Counted from the stretch's first letter, positions 42,553-57,109 are shown. The stretch is DNA of 64,000 bases from Eledone cirrhosa (GCA_964016885.1 OZ024760.1:16616001-16680000); one strand, 5' to 3'. Numbers and translations are program-made. Notes: generated by a model from the letters alone, not told the origin.

Positions 42553-43298
42553 TTCATCATTGATGTTGTTGTTGTTGTTGTTCAAACAAACGCCATTGTT
42601 TGTGAAGCAGTTAACGACTAATAAACCTAACGTCAACTCTGTCTTTAAACATATTAACATCAGAAATCAATTAATCGATAACAACAACAACAACAACAGT
42701 AACAAGAACAGCAACAGTAGCAGCAGCAGCAGTAACAACAACAGTAACGACAGCAATAAGGTTGATCAAATAAAGTCTCCTTTATACATAACTATCAACA
42801 TTAACAACAACAACAACAGTCACAACTACAGCCACAACAACAATAACACTACCAACAACAACAACAACAACAACAACAGTAACAACAACAGTCACAACTA
42901 CAGCCACAACAACAATAACACTACCAACAACAACAACAACAACAACAACAGTAACAACAACAGTAACAACACCAATACCAACAACAGTAACAACAACAAC
43001 AGTAACAACAACAACAGTAACAACAACAACAGTAACAACAACAGTAACAACAACAACAACAACAGTAACAACAACAACAACAGTAACAACAACAACAACA
43101 ACAGTAACAACAACAACAACAGTAACAACAACAGCAACAGTAACAACAACAACAACACTAAAGACTCCCTATATAACTATGTTAGCCTTTCTTGTTATTG
43201 TTGTCACTATGTAATCTAAATTTATCACAAAAACACTCTTTTCTAGGTTTATTAGGTTTATCTAAGTGTATTTGTGTATATATGGATATATATATATG

Positions 43299-43371
<73 letters not shown>

Positions 43372-43383
43372 GGGTATATATAA

Positions 43384-43446
<63 letters not shown>

Positions 43447-43450
<4 letters not shown>

Positions 43451-43525
43451 GTCGTCAAGTATGAAATTTGTAGAGATTTGTAGAAAAAAAAGAAATTTCT
43501 ACAAATTTCATACTTGACGAACCAA
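43447..43525. mobile_element. ~80-bp mariner-type mini element
   Basis: ttgggtcgtcaagtatgaaatttgtaga / tctacaaatttcatacttgacgaaccaa inverted termini within TA. Confidence 0.6.
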
Positions 43526-43889
43526 TATATGTATACATATATATTATATATATATATATTATATATATATATATATGTATGTGTCTATATATGTATGTAT
43601 GTGTCTATGTATGTATGTGTCTATATATATGTGTATGTATGTATATAATTATATATATGTATATATATATATATATGTATGTAATATATATATGTGTGTG
43701 TGTGTATACACACATCTATTAAACTACCCCCCCCCCCCACAACCTATGGTAACTGTACACATTATATATTTATACGTGTTTCACAACGACAGACTAATTA
43801 ACCCACCCTCCACCACACAGACCACGCATTATCTATCTATCTACCTACCTTTCTATCTATCTATCTACCTATCTATCTATATATACCTA

Positions 43890-43924
<35 letters not shown>

Positions 43925-43951
43925 ACATACATATATATATATATATATATA

Positions 43952-44155
43952 TAGGAAAAAGTTCACGACCCCGACAGCAGAGCTCAAGCCGTTTCGACGG
44001 CTATTTCTGGACTCAAAATCCAGAAATAGCCGTCGAAACGGCTTGAGCTCTGACGTCGGGGTCCTGAACCTTTTCCTATTACCCACTTTACTACCCAAAG
44101 TATCGAGTACTCTGGTGCGTTATGGTCCACCTGGTTCCTTACCACACTTCCTTCG

Positions 44156-44157
<2 letters not shown>
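43952..44157. mobile_element. Family E (TA)n-inserted element with ~60-bp-arm hairpin; fragments at 17381-17480, 18816-18873, 33945-34008
   Basis: Shared ttatggtccacctggttccttaccaca and gtcgaaacggct(t/g)gagctc; arms ~43952-44011 and ~44018-44077. Confidence 0.75.
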
Positions 44158-44232
<75 letters not shown>

Positions 44233-44263
44233 AAGAATCAAAGAACTGTTCAAAACATTATTG

Positions 44264-44310
44264 TGCTTACAGCTGTTTCCTCCAAACCGAGGTTTGGATT
44301 CTTCGGAGCA
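44264..44310 (-). ncRNA. Hammerhead-like motif with CCGAAGA core
   Basis: Minus: TGCT-CCGAAGA-A.TCCAAAC(CTCG)GTTTGGA.G-GAAACAGCTGTA^-AGCA; 7-bp stem II, palindromic stem III ACAGCTGT. Confidence 0.65.
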
Positions 44311-44423
44311 ATTTATTAAAGCATGGACAGTTATATGACCTCCTTTTCAGCCGAGAGACATATATATATATAGGGAAAGAGTGAAGAATAACAAGGTCAA
44401 CAGTAGAAAAGGGGTTTTATTTA

Positions 44424-44536
44424 CAGTATTAACAATTGTTTCATTGATTAGGATGTCTAAAAATTGCTAATCACTCGAAGTTGTGTAACTCAATCTTAAA
44501 TACAATGTATGCCTAATCAAATCATCGGAATAACTG
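44424..44536 (-). ncRNA. Hammerhead-like motif, family B (CCGATGA core, long stem II)
   Basis: Minus: CAGTTATT-CCGATGA-TTTGATTAGG..(~60 nt)..CCTAATCAAT-GAAACAATTGTT^-AATACTG; 3' flank homologous to 56560-56610. Confidence 0.62.
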
Positions 44537-44787
44537 ACAAAAATTACACACGGCGTGTGTAATATACTAGGAGAATTCAATAACAGCATCAATAATAAAA
44601 AAAGAAAAAAGAAAAAGAAAAAAGAAAAAAGAAAAAAGAAAAAAGAAAAAAGAAAAAAGAAAAAAGAAAAATAAGAGAGAAATAAAAAGAAAAAGAAAAA
44701 ATAATAAATAATATATATATATATATATACATACCTATCTATCTATCCATCTATATATATATATACCTATCTCTCTCTCACTCACTC

Positions 44788-44861
<74 letters not shown>

Positions 44862-44917
44862 CCTATCTATCTATCCATCTATATATATATATACCTATAT
44901 ACCTATCTATCTCTCAC

Positions 44918-44997
<80 letters not shown>

Positions 44998-45054
44998 CCT
45001 ATCTATCTATCCATCTATATATATATATACCTATCTATCTCTCACTCACTCTCA

Positions 45055-45103
<49 letters not shown>

Positions 45104-45138
45104 CCTATCTATCTCTCACTCACTCTCACTCTCTCTCA

Positions 45139-45174
<36 letters not shown>

Positions 45175-45460
45175 CCAGTCCTACAGTCACCACCACCCAA
45201 CTATCCTCCCCCTCCAATAATCTTCAATTAAAACAGACCAGATTTATTTTTTCCCTCACACATCACTAAGATTGATTTCTTCCAACGAAATTCGAACTTC
45301 TCGTTAGTCGTTGGAAAATCGATCCATCTGCACTGATTGATCATCTGTCTGGATCGCCTCTCTCTCTCTCTCTCTCTCTCTCCCTCTCTTTATCAATCAG
45401 TCTCCCCCCCCCCCTCTCTCACTCTCTCTCTCTCCATATATATGTATTTATGTCTCTCTC

Positions 45461-45498
<38 letters not shown>

Positions 45499-45574
45499 TA
45501 TGAATATATATATTCATATATATATATATGAATATATATATATATGAATATATATATATATGAATATATATATA

Positions 45575-45619
<45 letters not shown>

Positions 45620-45626
<7 letters not shown>

Positions 45627-46060
45627 ATACTTTGGGAGGGTCATGTTGCCAATAAGAAACACACGCACCAGTTGCTTTCACTTCAATTTAATTTAATATA
45701 TATTTATAAATTTACAAATTTATAAATTTCTGGTTGGTTGGTTGGTTCCACAACCAGATAGTTGTTTATATATATATAGTCATAGTTCTTTCGTCACACA
45801 CTCTGTGACCTCTTCAGTGACTGGGGATTTCTCGTTTCTGTGCCTTTCCTTTCTTCTATCCTACGCCATTTTGTTTGTGTGTCAACCAACCAGAAATTTA
45901 TAAATTTGTAAATTTATAAATATATATTAAATTAAATTGAAGTGAAAGCAACTGGTGCGTGTGTTTCTTATTGGCAACATGACCCTCCCAAAGTATAACA
46001 ATATCGGTTTCAACACACGATTTCAGATAAAGAATCTTGCTAAACAAATTCAGAAACGAT
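45620..46060. mobile_element. Fold-back HHR element in (TA)n; shorter fold-back copy at ~50052-50222
   Basis: ~45622-45740 is the reverse complement of ~45883-46001; the same sequence (ttggcaacatgaccctcccaaagtataacaa) occurs in both orientations at 50052-50222. Confidence 0.8.
45778..45822 (-). ncRNA. Type I hammerhead ribozyme inside fold-back element 45620-46060
   Basis: Minus: AGTCA-CTGAAGA-G.GTCACA(GAGTG)TGTGAC-GAAAG(AA)CTA^-TGACT. Confidence 0.75.
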
Positions 46061-46176
46061 ATATATATATGTATATTCATATATATATATATATATTCAT
46101 ATATATATATATTCATATATATATATATATATATTCATATATATTCATATATATATATGAATATATATATATATGA

Positions 46177-46317
<141 letters not shown>

Positions 46318-46446
46318 TATATATGTGTGTGTTTATATATCTATATATATATATGTGTGTGTATATATACACACATGTATATATAAATATACACACACAC
46401 ACACACACACACACATACATGTATATATATATATATATATACATCG

Positions 46447-46496
<50 letters not shown>

Positions 46497-47024
46497 ATTG
46501 TGGTGCAGAGGGGTCGAACCCATGATACTTTTCGGGGCCGCTAAGGCAGGCATGAGGGAATTGTGGTGCCATTGATCGTTTCGAGGTCCCTGAGACAGGA
46601 AGGACTTAGGGATAGTGTCTTTAACTCTTTTCAGGGCACCTGAAACATGCGAGAGGAGATCGTGGAACCTTTGACCCTTTCGAGGTCCCTGAGACAGGAA
46701 GGAGGGAGGAGCAGTGCCCTTAACTCTTTTCAGGGCCTTTCAGACAGGTGGATGGAAAGGAGAAACGTGCAGAGCCCATGGCCATTTTGGGGTCTACAAT
46801 TCATGTTCGCGTGAGGAAAGGCGACGTAGCCCCCGTGACACTCTTCAGGGCCTCTAAGACATGTGAGTAGGCAGAAAGTCAGGTGGTATCCTGAAGGTGG
46901 AGATGAGGCCCAAATACTTGCAACAGAATGTTCTTACCTAAGGTCACCCAATGGCAAAACGGTGTTGTTAAACCGGCAACACGTGACAGTCAGGCGGCGA
47001 ATTGGCAACATCGTTAGAATGTGA

Positions 47025-47610
47025 TTGGTTAGGTGGTTGGTTGGGTGGGTGGGTGGTTTGTTGGGTGGGTGGTTGGGTGGTTGGTTGGGTGGTTGGTTGG
47101 TTGGGTGGTTGGTTGATTTGTTGGTTGGTTGGTTGGATGGTTGGATGGTTGGTTGGTTGGGTGGCTGGGTGATTTGTTGGGTGGGTGGTTGGGTGGTTGG
47201 TTGGGTGGTTGGTTGGTTGGTTGGGTGGTTGGTTGGCTGGGTGGTTTGGTGGCTGGGTGGTTGGTTGGTTGGGTGGGTGATTAGTTGGTTGGTTGGCTGG
47301 CTGGCTGGTTGAGTGGTTTGTTGGGTGGGTGGTTGGGTGGTTGGTTGGGTGGTTGGGTGGTTGGGTGATTGGTTGATTTGTTTGTTGGTTGGTTGGGTGG
47401 CTGGTTGGTTGGGTGGGTAAGTGGTTAGTTGGCGGTTGGGTGGTTGGGTTGCTGGTTGGGTGGTTGAGTGGTTAGTTGGCTGGTTCATTGGGTGGCTGGT
47501 TGGTTGGGTGGCTGGTTGGTTGGGTGGCTGGGTGGTTAGTTGAACGGGTAGTTGGTAAGGTGGCTGGTCGAGAGAGGTTAGCTGAGTGTTTGTTTGGGTG
47601 GTAGGTGGGG
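47025..47610. repeat. (GGTT/GGGT)n tract
   Basis: Direct reading. Confidence 0.9.
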
Positions 47611-47755
47611 TGGTAAGAAAGATATATATATATATATACATAAAGTGAGAAAAATGTATATATATATATAACTCCACTATCCGGGAGCTTCCAACAGTAA
47701 TGGTTGCATTCTTTAAGGGTATGTCAATATTTATTTATAAAACTGGTCTATATTA

Positions 47756-47820
47756 TATTTTATCTGATGAAAGCACACCATAATTTAACTTGGTGTCCTT
47801 GAAATATGTATAATGAAATA
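47756..47820 (+). ncRNA. Type I hammerhead ribozyme, family A (element ~47710-47950)
   Basis: TATTTTAT-CTGATGA-AAGCACACCA..TGGTGTCCTT-GAAA-TATGTA-TA^-ATGAAATA; 3' flank homologous to 25989-26120 and ends in (TA)n. Confidence 0.82.
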
Positions 47821-47946
47821 AATATGGTTTTATAAATATAGTTTCCATTTGTTAATATCGTATTTTTACTCCAATTATTTGTTGAGTGCTTTATATCAGT
47901 TTAAAAATATTTGCTTGTTGTATCCCAACAATTTAAATAGAACTTC

Positions 47947-48069
<123 letters not shown>

Positions 48070-48374
48070 AAAGAGATTATAGTTTTCACTTAACATAGTG
48101 GCCGAACTAATAATAGCTTTGACTTCCTATTATAAATATAGAATATTGAAGATATAGAATAAACAAAGTGATTCTTGGAAGCAGCAGAAGATATATTCTT
48201 CAGTTCTTCAGCGACGGTTCTTCAGTCGGCCACACACAGAACGGAAAAACGTACAACATAAAGCATAGAACATAGAAAGTACTCTCTTCCTCAGTGCAAA
48301 CATCTCCTTGCTTTTCGGCTGGCGTATTTCATAGAGTGTGTATATATATATATGTGTGTGTGAATATATATGTG

Positions 48375-48472
<98 letters not shown>

Positions 48473-48761
48473 TAAAAGGAAAAGAAAATGCTGACAAATT
48501 GTTCCCAGTGAAAAATAGTTTAATTAGGAATATTGGTTAGTATTCAGTTTTGGTTTTAAGTTTTTACCGGTTGCGCATTTCAGAAATGCGCAACCGGTAA
48601 AAACTTACAAAACACACAGACACACACACAACCCTCCGCCCCCACACACACATATATAAATATATATATATATATATGTGTGTGTGTGTATATATATATA
48701 TATAAGATGTATATATATATAGAGAGAGAGATGAAGAGAGATCCATGTGTATATATTTATA

Positions 48762-48810
<49 letters not shown>

Positions 48811-48831
48811 ATACATATATATACACACACA

Positions 48832-48882
<51 letters not shown>

Positions 48883-49927
48883 GGAGAGATAGTAGACATC
48901 CACTTCGTCTTTGTCGTGGTCGACATTGTCACTTTCAACACCCCCAACCCACTCTCTAATCACAACAATTCCGCTGTTTCTCACAACAGACCCCCCCGCC
49001 CTCCCATCCTTCTCCACCCCTCCACCTCCTTATCCCCCCTCTCCCCTCTCCTCCATCCCCCCACCCCACCCCTTATCGTCCTCATCACAATATTTATACA
49101 ATGTTTCTGGTACTCAAATGGTATTTATAGCAAAATATATTGATCTCGCTGTCTATTTATAGACAGGAGAATCGATTACGAACGAATGTGATTGTTTTTT
49201 TTTATCTTGCTGCTGCTGCTTTTGGCTACTGCTGCTGCTGCTGCTGCTGCTGCTATTTCTGTTCGAGATCGACTTTTCCGATAAATACTGAACCCGATAG
49301 ATCATCAATGCTTTTATTTCCTTTCTGTCCAATTCCACACACAAAAAAAAAAAAAAATATTTATTGGATCCATTTGAAATATATTTATCTATTTCTCATC
49401 CATACTATGACGCCGTGACATTTTTTATTCCCCTCTCTGGGGGGGGGGGGGCTCTCATGCGCAACTTGTTCTGTTAAACTATCCTCATGATGTTACGTTT
49501 AAGCTAACATGCTAACATGCTAACATGCATACTTTCAAAATTCCTAATTCGCTCAACGGTTCTAAAAATAAGATTGCTTATAAATAGGGAACAAGCCGAC
49601 CTCTATTTTAGCTGCTACTACCACCAAACCATCAAGGACAGAGAGAGAGGGGGGAGAGAGAGAGGGGGAGAGAGAGTGAAAGAGAGAGAGAGATAAACGA
49701 AAATGTGAACTTTTCTATATATATATGTGTAAAGTATGTTCACTAATGCCCTCTTCTAATTAATATACACCTTCATTTTATTATACACTTTTTATCATAT
49801 TTCCTGAAGCAAGAAGGAGCTGAAATAATTATCGACTGGAACTGTTATTCTATGGGAAAATCCTATTAGCATTATCTACTTTTTTTTTAAATTTTCCTAA
49901 TATATATACATAAGTTATCTGTTTACC

Positions 49928-50051
<124 letters not shown>

Positions 50052-50221
50052 TTCGTTTCTGAATTTGTTTAGCAAGATTCTTTATCTGAAATCGTGTGTT
50101 GAAACCGATATTGTTATACTTTGGGAGGGTCATGTTGCCAAATTTATTATAATAAATTGAAGTGAAAGCAACTGGTGCGTGTGTTTCTTATTGGCAACAT
50201 GACCCTCCCAAAGTATAACAA

Positions 50222-50323
<102 letters not shown>

Positions 50324-50400
50324 TAAACAGAAATAACAACACAATCGGTAGAGTATATGGAAGGGATATATTAGGTTAAATCTTGATATAGCAGGAAGAG

Positions 50401-50440
50401 GGTGTGAACGTTTCGGACGCTAGTCTTTCATCAGAAGAAA
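50401..50440 (-). ncRNA. Minimal PLE-type hammerhead motif; diverged homologue at 33017-33053
   Basis: Minus: CTGATGA-A.AGAC(TAGC)GTCC-GAAACGTTC. The 33k copy reads GTGATGAAGGACTAGCGTCCGAAACGTTA. The islands 32940-33070 and 50325-50455 are homologous. Stem I is weak. Confidence 0.55.
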
Positions 50441-50528
50441 GAATGAGAAATAAGATAGATTGAGGGGGGGGGGGGATTAGAAAAACTGTCTTTAGGTAAA
50501 AATAACAGGTCGATTCATCTTGACATCT

Positions 50529-50615
<87 letters not shown>

Positions 50616-50732
50616 ATATATATATATATATTTTTTATTTATTTATTTATTTTTTTTTATTTATTTATTATTATTATTATTTTTTTTTTTTTCTCGTGCA
50701 ATGGCCATACTCGATAACGAGGGGGCAGCCAT

Positions 50733-50783
<51 letters not shown>

Positions 50784-51212
50784 CAGGTTGCTCTCGAGTG
50801 CTACTGGTAACATGTAACCCAATATAACCTGTCACATGGATTTCATCCCCCACGGTGTCCAAATATCACCCTCCTCACCAAGCTTGCTTGGTGAGGAGGG
50901 TGATATTTGGACACCGTGGGGGATGAAATTCAAGACCCGGAAAAGGGCGGAGGGACTCAGCAGAGTCAGCGGCCATCCAAATTGTTTGTTTTTTTTAGTT
51001 TTTTGGGGGTTTTTTGCGGGCTGTCGTCGTATTTTCCGTGGCAAACATTTGCACCAAAGATGTGTCGTCGTCAGTTCCAAAAAGTGTGGTGGGTCCTACA
51101 CAAGACTTCACCACTTAAAACAAAACTTTGTCTGGGTAGTTCAACATCAGTTCACTTTCTCACATTTAACTTTTGTTGGACACTCATATGTCGGATATCG
51201 ACGGGAGAGTCC

Positions 51213-51301
<89 letters not shown>

Positions 51302-51385
51302 GTATATATATATATATATAAATGTATATATATATATAAATGTATATATATATATATATAAATATATATCTAAATATATATATAA

Positions 51386-51420
<35 letters not shown>

Positions 51421-51613
51421 AATGTATATATAAATATATAAATGTATATATATAAATATATAAATATATATAAATGTATATATATAAATATATATATAAA
51501 TATATAAATATATATAAATGTATATATATATAAATATATATATAAATATATAAATATATATAAATGTATATATAAATATATAAATATATATAAATGTATA
51601 TATATATATATAT

Positions 51614-51680
<67 letters not shown>

Positions 51681-51914
51681 AGTATATATATATATATATA
51701 AGTATATATATATATACACATACATATACATATATATCTATATCTATATCATTGTAGTTACATAAGAATGTGTATTTGTTTATATTATATAATATAATAA
51801 AACAGCCAGCAATGTAATTAGCATGCATATATAAATATACACACACACACATATATATATATATGTGTGTGTGTGTGTATATATGTATGTGTGGTGCTGC
51901 CAAAAGTGTAATTA

Positions 51915-51948
<34 letters not shown>

Positions 51949-51969
51949 GTGTGTGTGTATGTGTCTATA

Positions 51970-52014
<45 letters not shown>

Positions 52015-52579
52015 CTGTATGTGTGTGTGTATGTGTCTGTATGTATGTGTATGTGTGTGTGGTACTAGCCAGACAATCAGGTACATTTGGATAATTCTCA
52101 AAACTTCAATTCTCTAAATGCTGTAAACATGGGAAATTACCAGCTCTTAATTTATATAGAGGAACACACACACACACACACACACATACACACATACACA
52201 CACACACACATACACACATACACACACACACACATATACACATATACACACACACACACACATACACACACAGAGAGACATACTCATACACACATACATA
52301 CACACATACACAGAGATACATACACACACACACACATACATACATACATACACAGAGAGATACATACACACACACACACACATACACACATACACATACA
52401 CACATACACATACACACACACAGAGAGGTACATACACACACAGAGATACATACACACACATATACATATACACACATACATACATACACGCACATACACA
52501 CACACACACACACATATATATGTATATATATTTACACATGCGCCCCCCTCTCTCTCTGTATATGCGTGTGTGTGTGTGC

Positions 52580-52641
<62 letters not shown>

Positions 52642-52764
52642 ATAATAAATGTGAAGACTAAAATCTGAAGTTTCAGAAGATCCTGTTAAGGGTGAAAGCA
52701 GCGATTCTTTGCTTAAACTTTAATCTGTTATATATATATATATATATAATTACGACAATGACAT

Positions 52765-52818
52765 AAACAGGTACTCAAGTTTCGTTGGATTCTGGGCCCT
52801 AATTTCTTCAGCCTGTTT
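52765..52818 (-). ncRNA. Type I hammerhead ribozyme motif
   Basis: Minus: AAACAGG-CTGAAGA-(weak stem II)-GAAACT(TG)AGTA^-CCTGTTT; perfect 7-bp stem I. Confidence 0.65.
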
Positions 52819-52822
52819 TTTT

Positions 52823-52888
52823 TATTTGAACCCAGAACGCAAAGGGCCGTAACTCAATGCCATAAAGCATGTTGTCCGACGCTCTACA
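52823..52888 (-). mobile_element. SINE head fragment
   Basis: atttgaacccagaacgcaaagggccgtaactc...aaagcatgttgtccgacgctcta. Confidence 0.7.
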
Positions 52889-53813
52889 AAGGCCAAGGTC
52901 ATTGGGAACAATACAATGGGGGAAAAAACAAACAATTAGTGGGGTTTAACTCGAATAAAGAAAAAGGGGACATCAATACATGTTCATGGTGGTGGTGGTG
53001 GTAATGGTGGTGGTGGTGGTGGTGGTAATGGTGGTGATGATGATGATGATGATAACCCATCCTTCTCGTTAGACAGATGATATTATATAACATGACTTAA
53101 GAAAGATTTCTTTAAATAAGATTACGATAGAAAGTTACAATTTTTTTCTCTTTAAATCAAAGTCGAAACGTTTTAAAATGTATCATAAAACCGTGGCGTT
53201 TCAGGCCGACTAGTACAGGCGGGGTGTGGACTACTTATAACAGTAGCTTTTGTTTTATGACCTTCCCATCTCAGGTTCCCAACATCCCACCCACCTAGAC
53301 TAGATCATCCCACACTCACCACACCACCATTTCACCGCCTTTATTATCTCAGCAATCCCACCATCTCGTCCCACACCACCACCACCAACACCATCACCAC
53401 CAACACCATCACCACCAACCGCATCCTCTCACTCCTGTCGCTCCTCTCGGCACCCACCATCTCACCCCCCCCCCCACCCCCCCGCCCATCTCACACCACC
53501 ACCACAAACTACACCACCCCCTCACTCCTCTCACCACCCCACCACGGCCGAACAGTCGATTTGAGGGAAAGTATTCAACAATAAACAGTTGAGAAGCAAC
53601 AGGTAACAGTTTCAGATTCCCGACCATGTATATATATACATACTATATATATATACATACTATATATATATACATACTATATATATATACATACTATATA
53701 TATATACATACTATATATATATACATACTATATATATATACATACTATATATATATACATACTATATATATATACATACTATATATATATACATACTATA
53801 TATATATACATAC

Positions 53814-53844
<31 letters not shown>

Positions 53845-53884
53845 ATATATATATATATACACACATACTATATATATATATATA

Positions 53885-53940
<56 letters not shown>

Positions 53941-53969
53941 TACTATATATATATATATATATGTGTGTG

Positions 53970-54021
<52 letters not shown>

Positions 54022-54022
54022 A

Positions 54023-54096
<74 letters not shown>

Positions 54097-54186
54097 TACT
54101 ATATATATATATATATATATATACATAAAACACTTAGTCATCTGGGCTTTTTTTTAACTGTATACATACATACATCTGTATATATA

Positions 54187-54250
<64 letters not shown>

Positions 54251-54258
54251 TACACACA

Positions 54259-54306
<48 letters not shown>

Positions 54307-54506
54307 TATATGTATATATATATATATATATATATACATATATACATATATATATAGATATGAATGTATATGCATATATATATATATATAATTGTAGATA
54401 TATAATTAAATAGCTCTGTACTATACATAGAGCACTCTTCTTTCCTTTGCCTTTTCCACGGAAATACTTAAGACACACACACACACACACATTCATATAG
54501 ATACAC

Positions 54507-54538
<32 letters not shown>

Positions 54539-55132
54539 GCACGTACGCACATACACACACACACACACACACGCACGTACGCACATACACACAAACCCGC
54601 AGAAACTCACCAGCGCAAACACAAACACTCACACAATCACACACTCACATACTACATACACATATACACATATACACACACACACACAGAGGATGGGGCA
54701 GGGGTAACGGCCTCCCCCCTCCCCCATCCCCTCACCCTCACCCGACCCCCTACATTTCGATGGTTCACCCTCAGTTTTATAAAATAGGGTTTCTGTAGAA
54801 AGAGAAAATAAATAAACGTCCTGAAATAAGATCTTTACGAAAGAATTGTCACCGAGAATGTTGTGAAGACAGACCTGCATCGCCCCCCCCCTTACACCCC
54901 ACCCTTACTCCCCACCATCACTCCCCACCCTCACACCCCACCCTCACACCCCACCCTCACACCCCACCCTCACTCCCCACCCTCACACCCCACCCTCACA
55001 CCCCACCCTCACACCCCACACTTACTCCCTACCCGTCATTCTCCACCCTGGTTCCTCACCCCTCAAGGCTACCTTACAGAGGAGCAAAGTCTGGCAGCGG
55101 GCCTAATACACACTTATTTATATATATATACA

Positions 55133-55210
<78 letters not shown>

Positions 55211-55243
55211 GTGTGTATTATATATATATATATATATATACAG

Positions 55244-55274
<31 letters not shown>

Positions 55275-55305
55275 GTGTGTATTATATATATATATATATA
55301 TACAG

Positions 55306-55338
<33 letters not shown>

Positions 55339-55343
55339 GTGTG

Positions 55344-55397
<54 letters not shown>

Positions 55398-55409
55398 TTA
55401 TTTATTTAT

Positions 55410-55461
<52 letters not shown>

Positions 55462-55551
55462 TCACACCAACTGACAGACATGCACACACACACGCATGCA
55501 CACAAATACGCGCGCAAACACCCAGACGTGTGTACATAGACACATGCACAT

Positions 55552-55582
<31 letters not shown>

Positions 55583-55792
55583 CATACTCATACTCTGCAT
55601 GCATAAGATGCATGCACACATACATGCACACATACACACACTCACACTCACAGACATGTGTACACAGGCGGACTCATGCACACACATACATAGACACACA
55701 GACACACACATACAATGCGTGAAACTAAAGTTGAATTATTTAACTAAAGAGAAAAATGACTCTCACTCTCTCTCTCTCATAAGTTTCATGTA

Positions 55793-55882
<90 letters not shown>

Positions 55883-55938
55883 TGATTATCGCTAAATATT
55901 GATGTTGATTTGATTATCAATATTAATATTATTGGGCA

Positions 55939-56065
55939 CCCACTGAAGAATTATAAGAGCCCACTTGAATAAGTACCTGTTGATCTTATACAAGCTTCTA
56001 CATAACTTGGTATAATTTCACCCAACTTGTAGGAATCTTATAATGAAACGAGACGTCCGTCTGGG
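55939..56065 (+). ncRNA. Hammerhead motif with ~95-nt stem II domain
   Basis: CCCA-CTGAAGA-ATTATAAGA..TCTTATAAT-GAAACG(AGA)CGTC^-[CGTC]TGGG; perfect 9-bp base of stem II; a 4-nt duplication lies next to the cleavage site. Confidence 0.62.
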
Positions 56066-56232
56066 AAGAGATATATTCGATATATCTCATATGAAATAAT
56101 ACAGCCAATGTTCCACACAATACAATTAGTTAGCACCCCGAACGTTTAATTAGGAATATACTCAGGTATTTCCTAATGTTTGTTGTGTGAGTTGGAATTT
56201 GGCCGGAGTATCGCTATTAACTTTCTCCAATA

Positions 56233-56285
<53 letters not shown>

Positions 56286-56286
<1 letters not shown>

Positions 56287-56378
56287 GATATTAATATCTA
56301 CTCCAAAACTTGTTGAGTGCTTTATATCAGTTATAAAATATTTACTTGTTGTAACCCAACAATTTTAAATAAAACTTT

Positions 56379-56381
<3 letters not shown>
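56286..56381 (+). mobile_element. 3' fragment of family A element (no HHR core) inside (TA)n
   Basis: ttgagtgctttatatcagtt...gtaacccaacaattttaaataaaacttttgca matches 26040-26120. Confidence 0.75.
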
Positions 56382-56448
<67 letters not shown>

Positions 56449-56451
<3 letters not shown>

Positions 56452-56559
56452 TTTCCGAAGATCTAATAGAGTTAACATCGTATTTAAAATTGAGTGGCAC
56501 TGCTTTTTAGTGTTCAGCAATTTTTAGACAACTTTATCAGTGAAACAATTGTTAGACTG
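56449..56559 (+). ncRNA. Hammerhead-like motif, family B (CCGAAGA core, long stem II)
   Basis: CAGTTT-CCGAAGA-TCTAATAGAGTT..AACTTTATCAGT-GAAACAATTGTT^-AGACTG; begins right at the end of a (TA)n tract. Confidence 0.62.
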
Positions 56560-56777
56560 CAAATAAATCCCCTTTTTTGTACTGTCAACCATGTTATTCT
56601 CCTCTTTTTCAATTGTATTACTCCAAGATAAACTTACATAGGAATACAAGTGAAATCATAAACTCATCATCCACATAAACCTCTTGTTGAGTCAAACAAC
56701 GCCGTACGCTAAAACTATCCATAATAAGAAGTATTCACAACCTCTAATTGGATTACCTATAACGATATTTTGTTATC

Positions 56778-56838
<61 letters not shown>

Positions 56839-57055
56839 GTAATAATAATAAATGCGAAAACTAAAATCCAAAGAGCGCTCGATAAGGATAAATATATATC
56901 AAATATATAAGAACCGTGGAGCAAATATTTATTAAAATAACAGATTAAAGTTTAAGCAAAGAATCCCTGCTTTCACTCTTAACGGGATCTGCAGAAGATC
57001 CTTTAAGGGTGAAAGCAGGGATTCTTTGCTTAAACTTTAATCTGTTATTTTAATT
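56839..57055. mobile_element. Family F (TA)n-inserted fold-back; copies at 26187-26350 and 52639-52730
   Basis: Shared cagattaaagtttaagcaaagaatc; HHR-like CAGAAGA-TCC..G(G/A)GT-GAAA in all three copies. Confidence 0.72.
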
Positions 57056-57109
57056 TATATATATATATATAATATTAATAAATGGAAACTATCTTTAGAA
57101 AACCATATT

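Noticed and set aside
48195-48230. Three CTGAAGA cores on the minus strand
   Set aside because: No properly placed GAAA or stem III.
49801-49836. CTGAAGC...GCTGAAATAATTATC
   Set aside because: Core incomplete and stem I only 2 bp; too degenerate to call.
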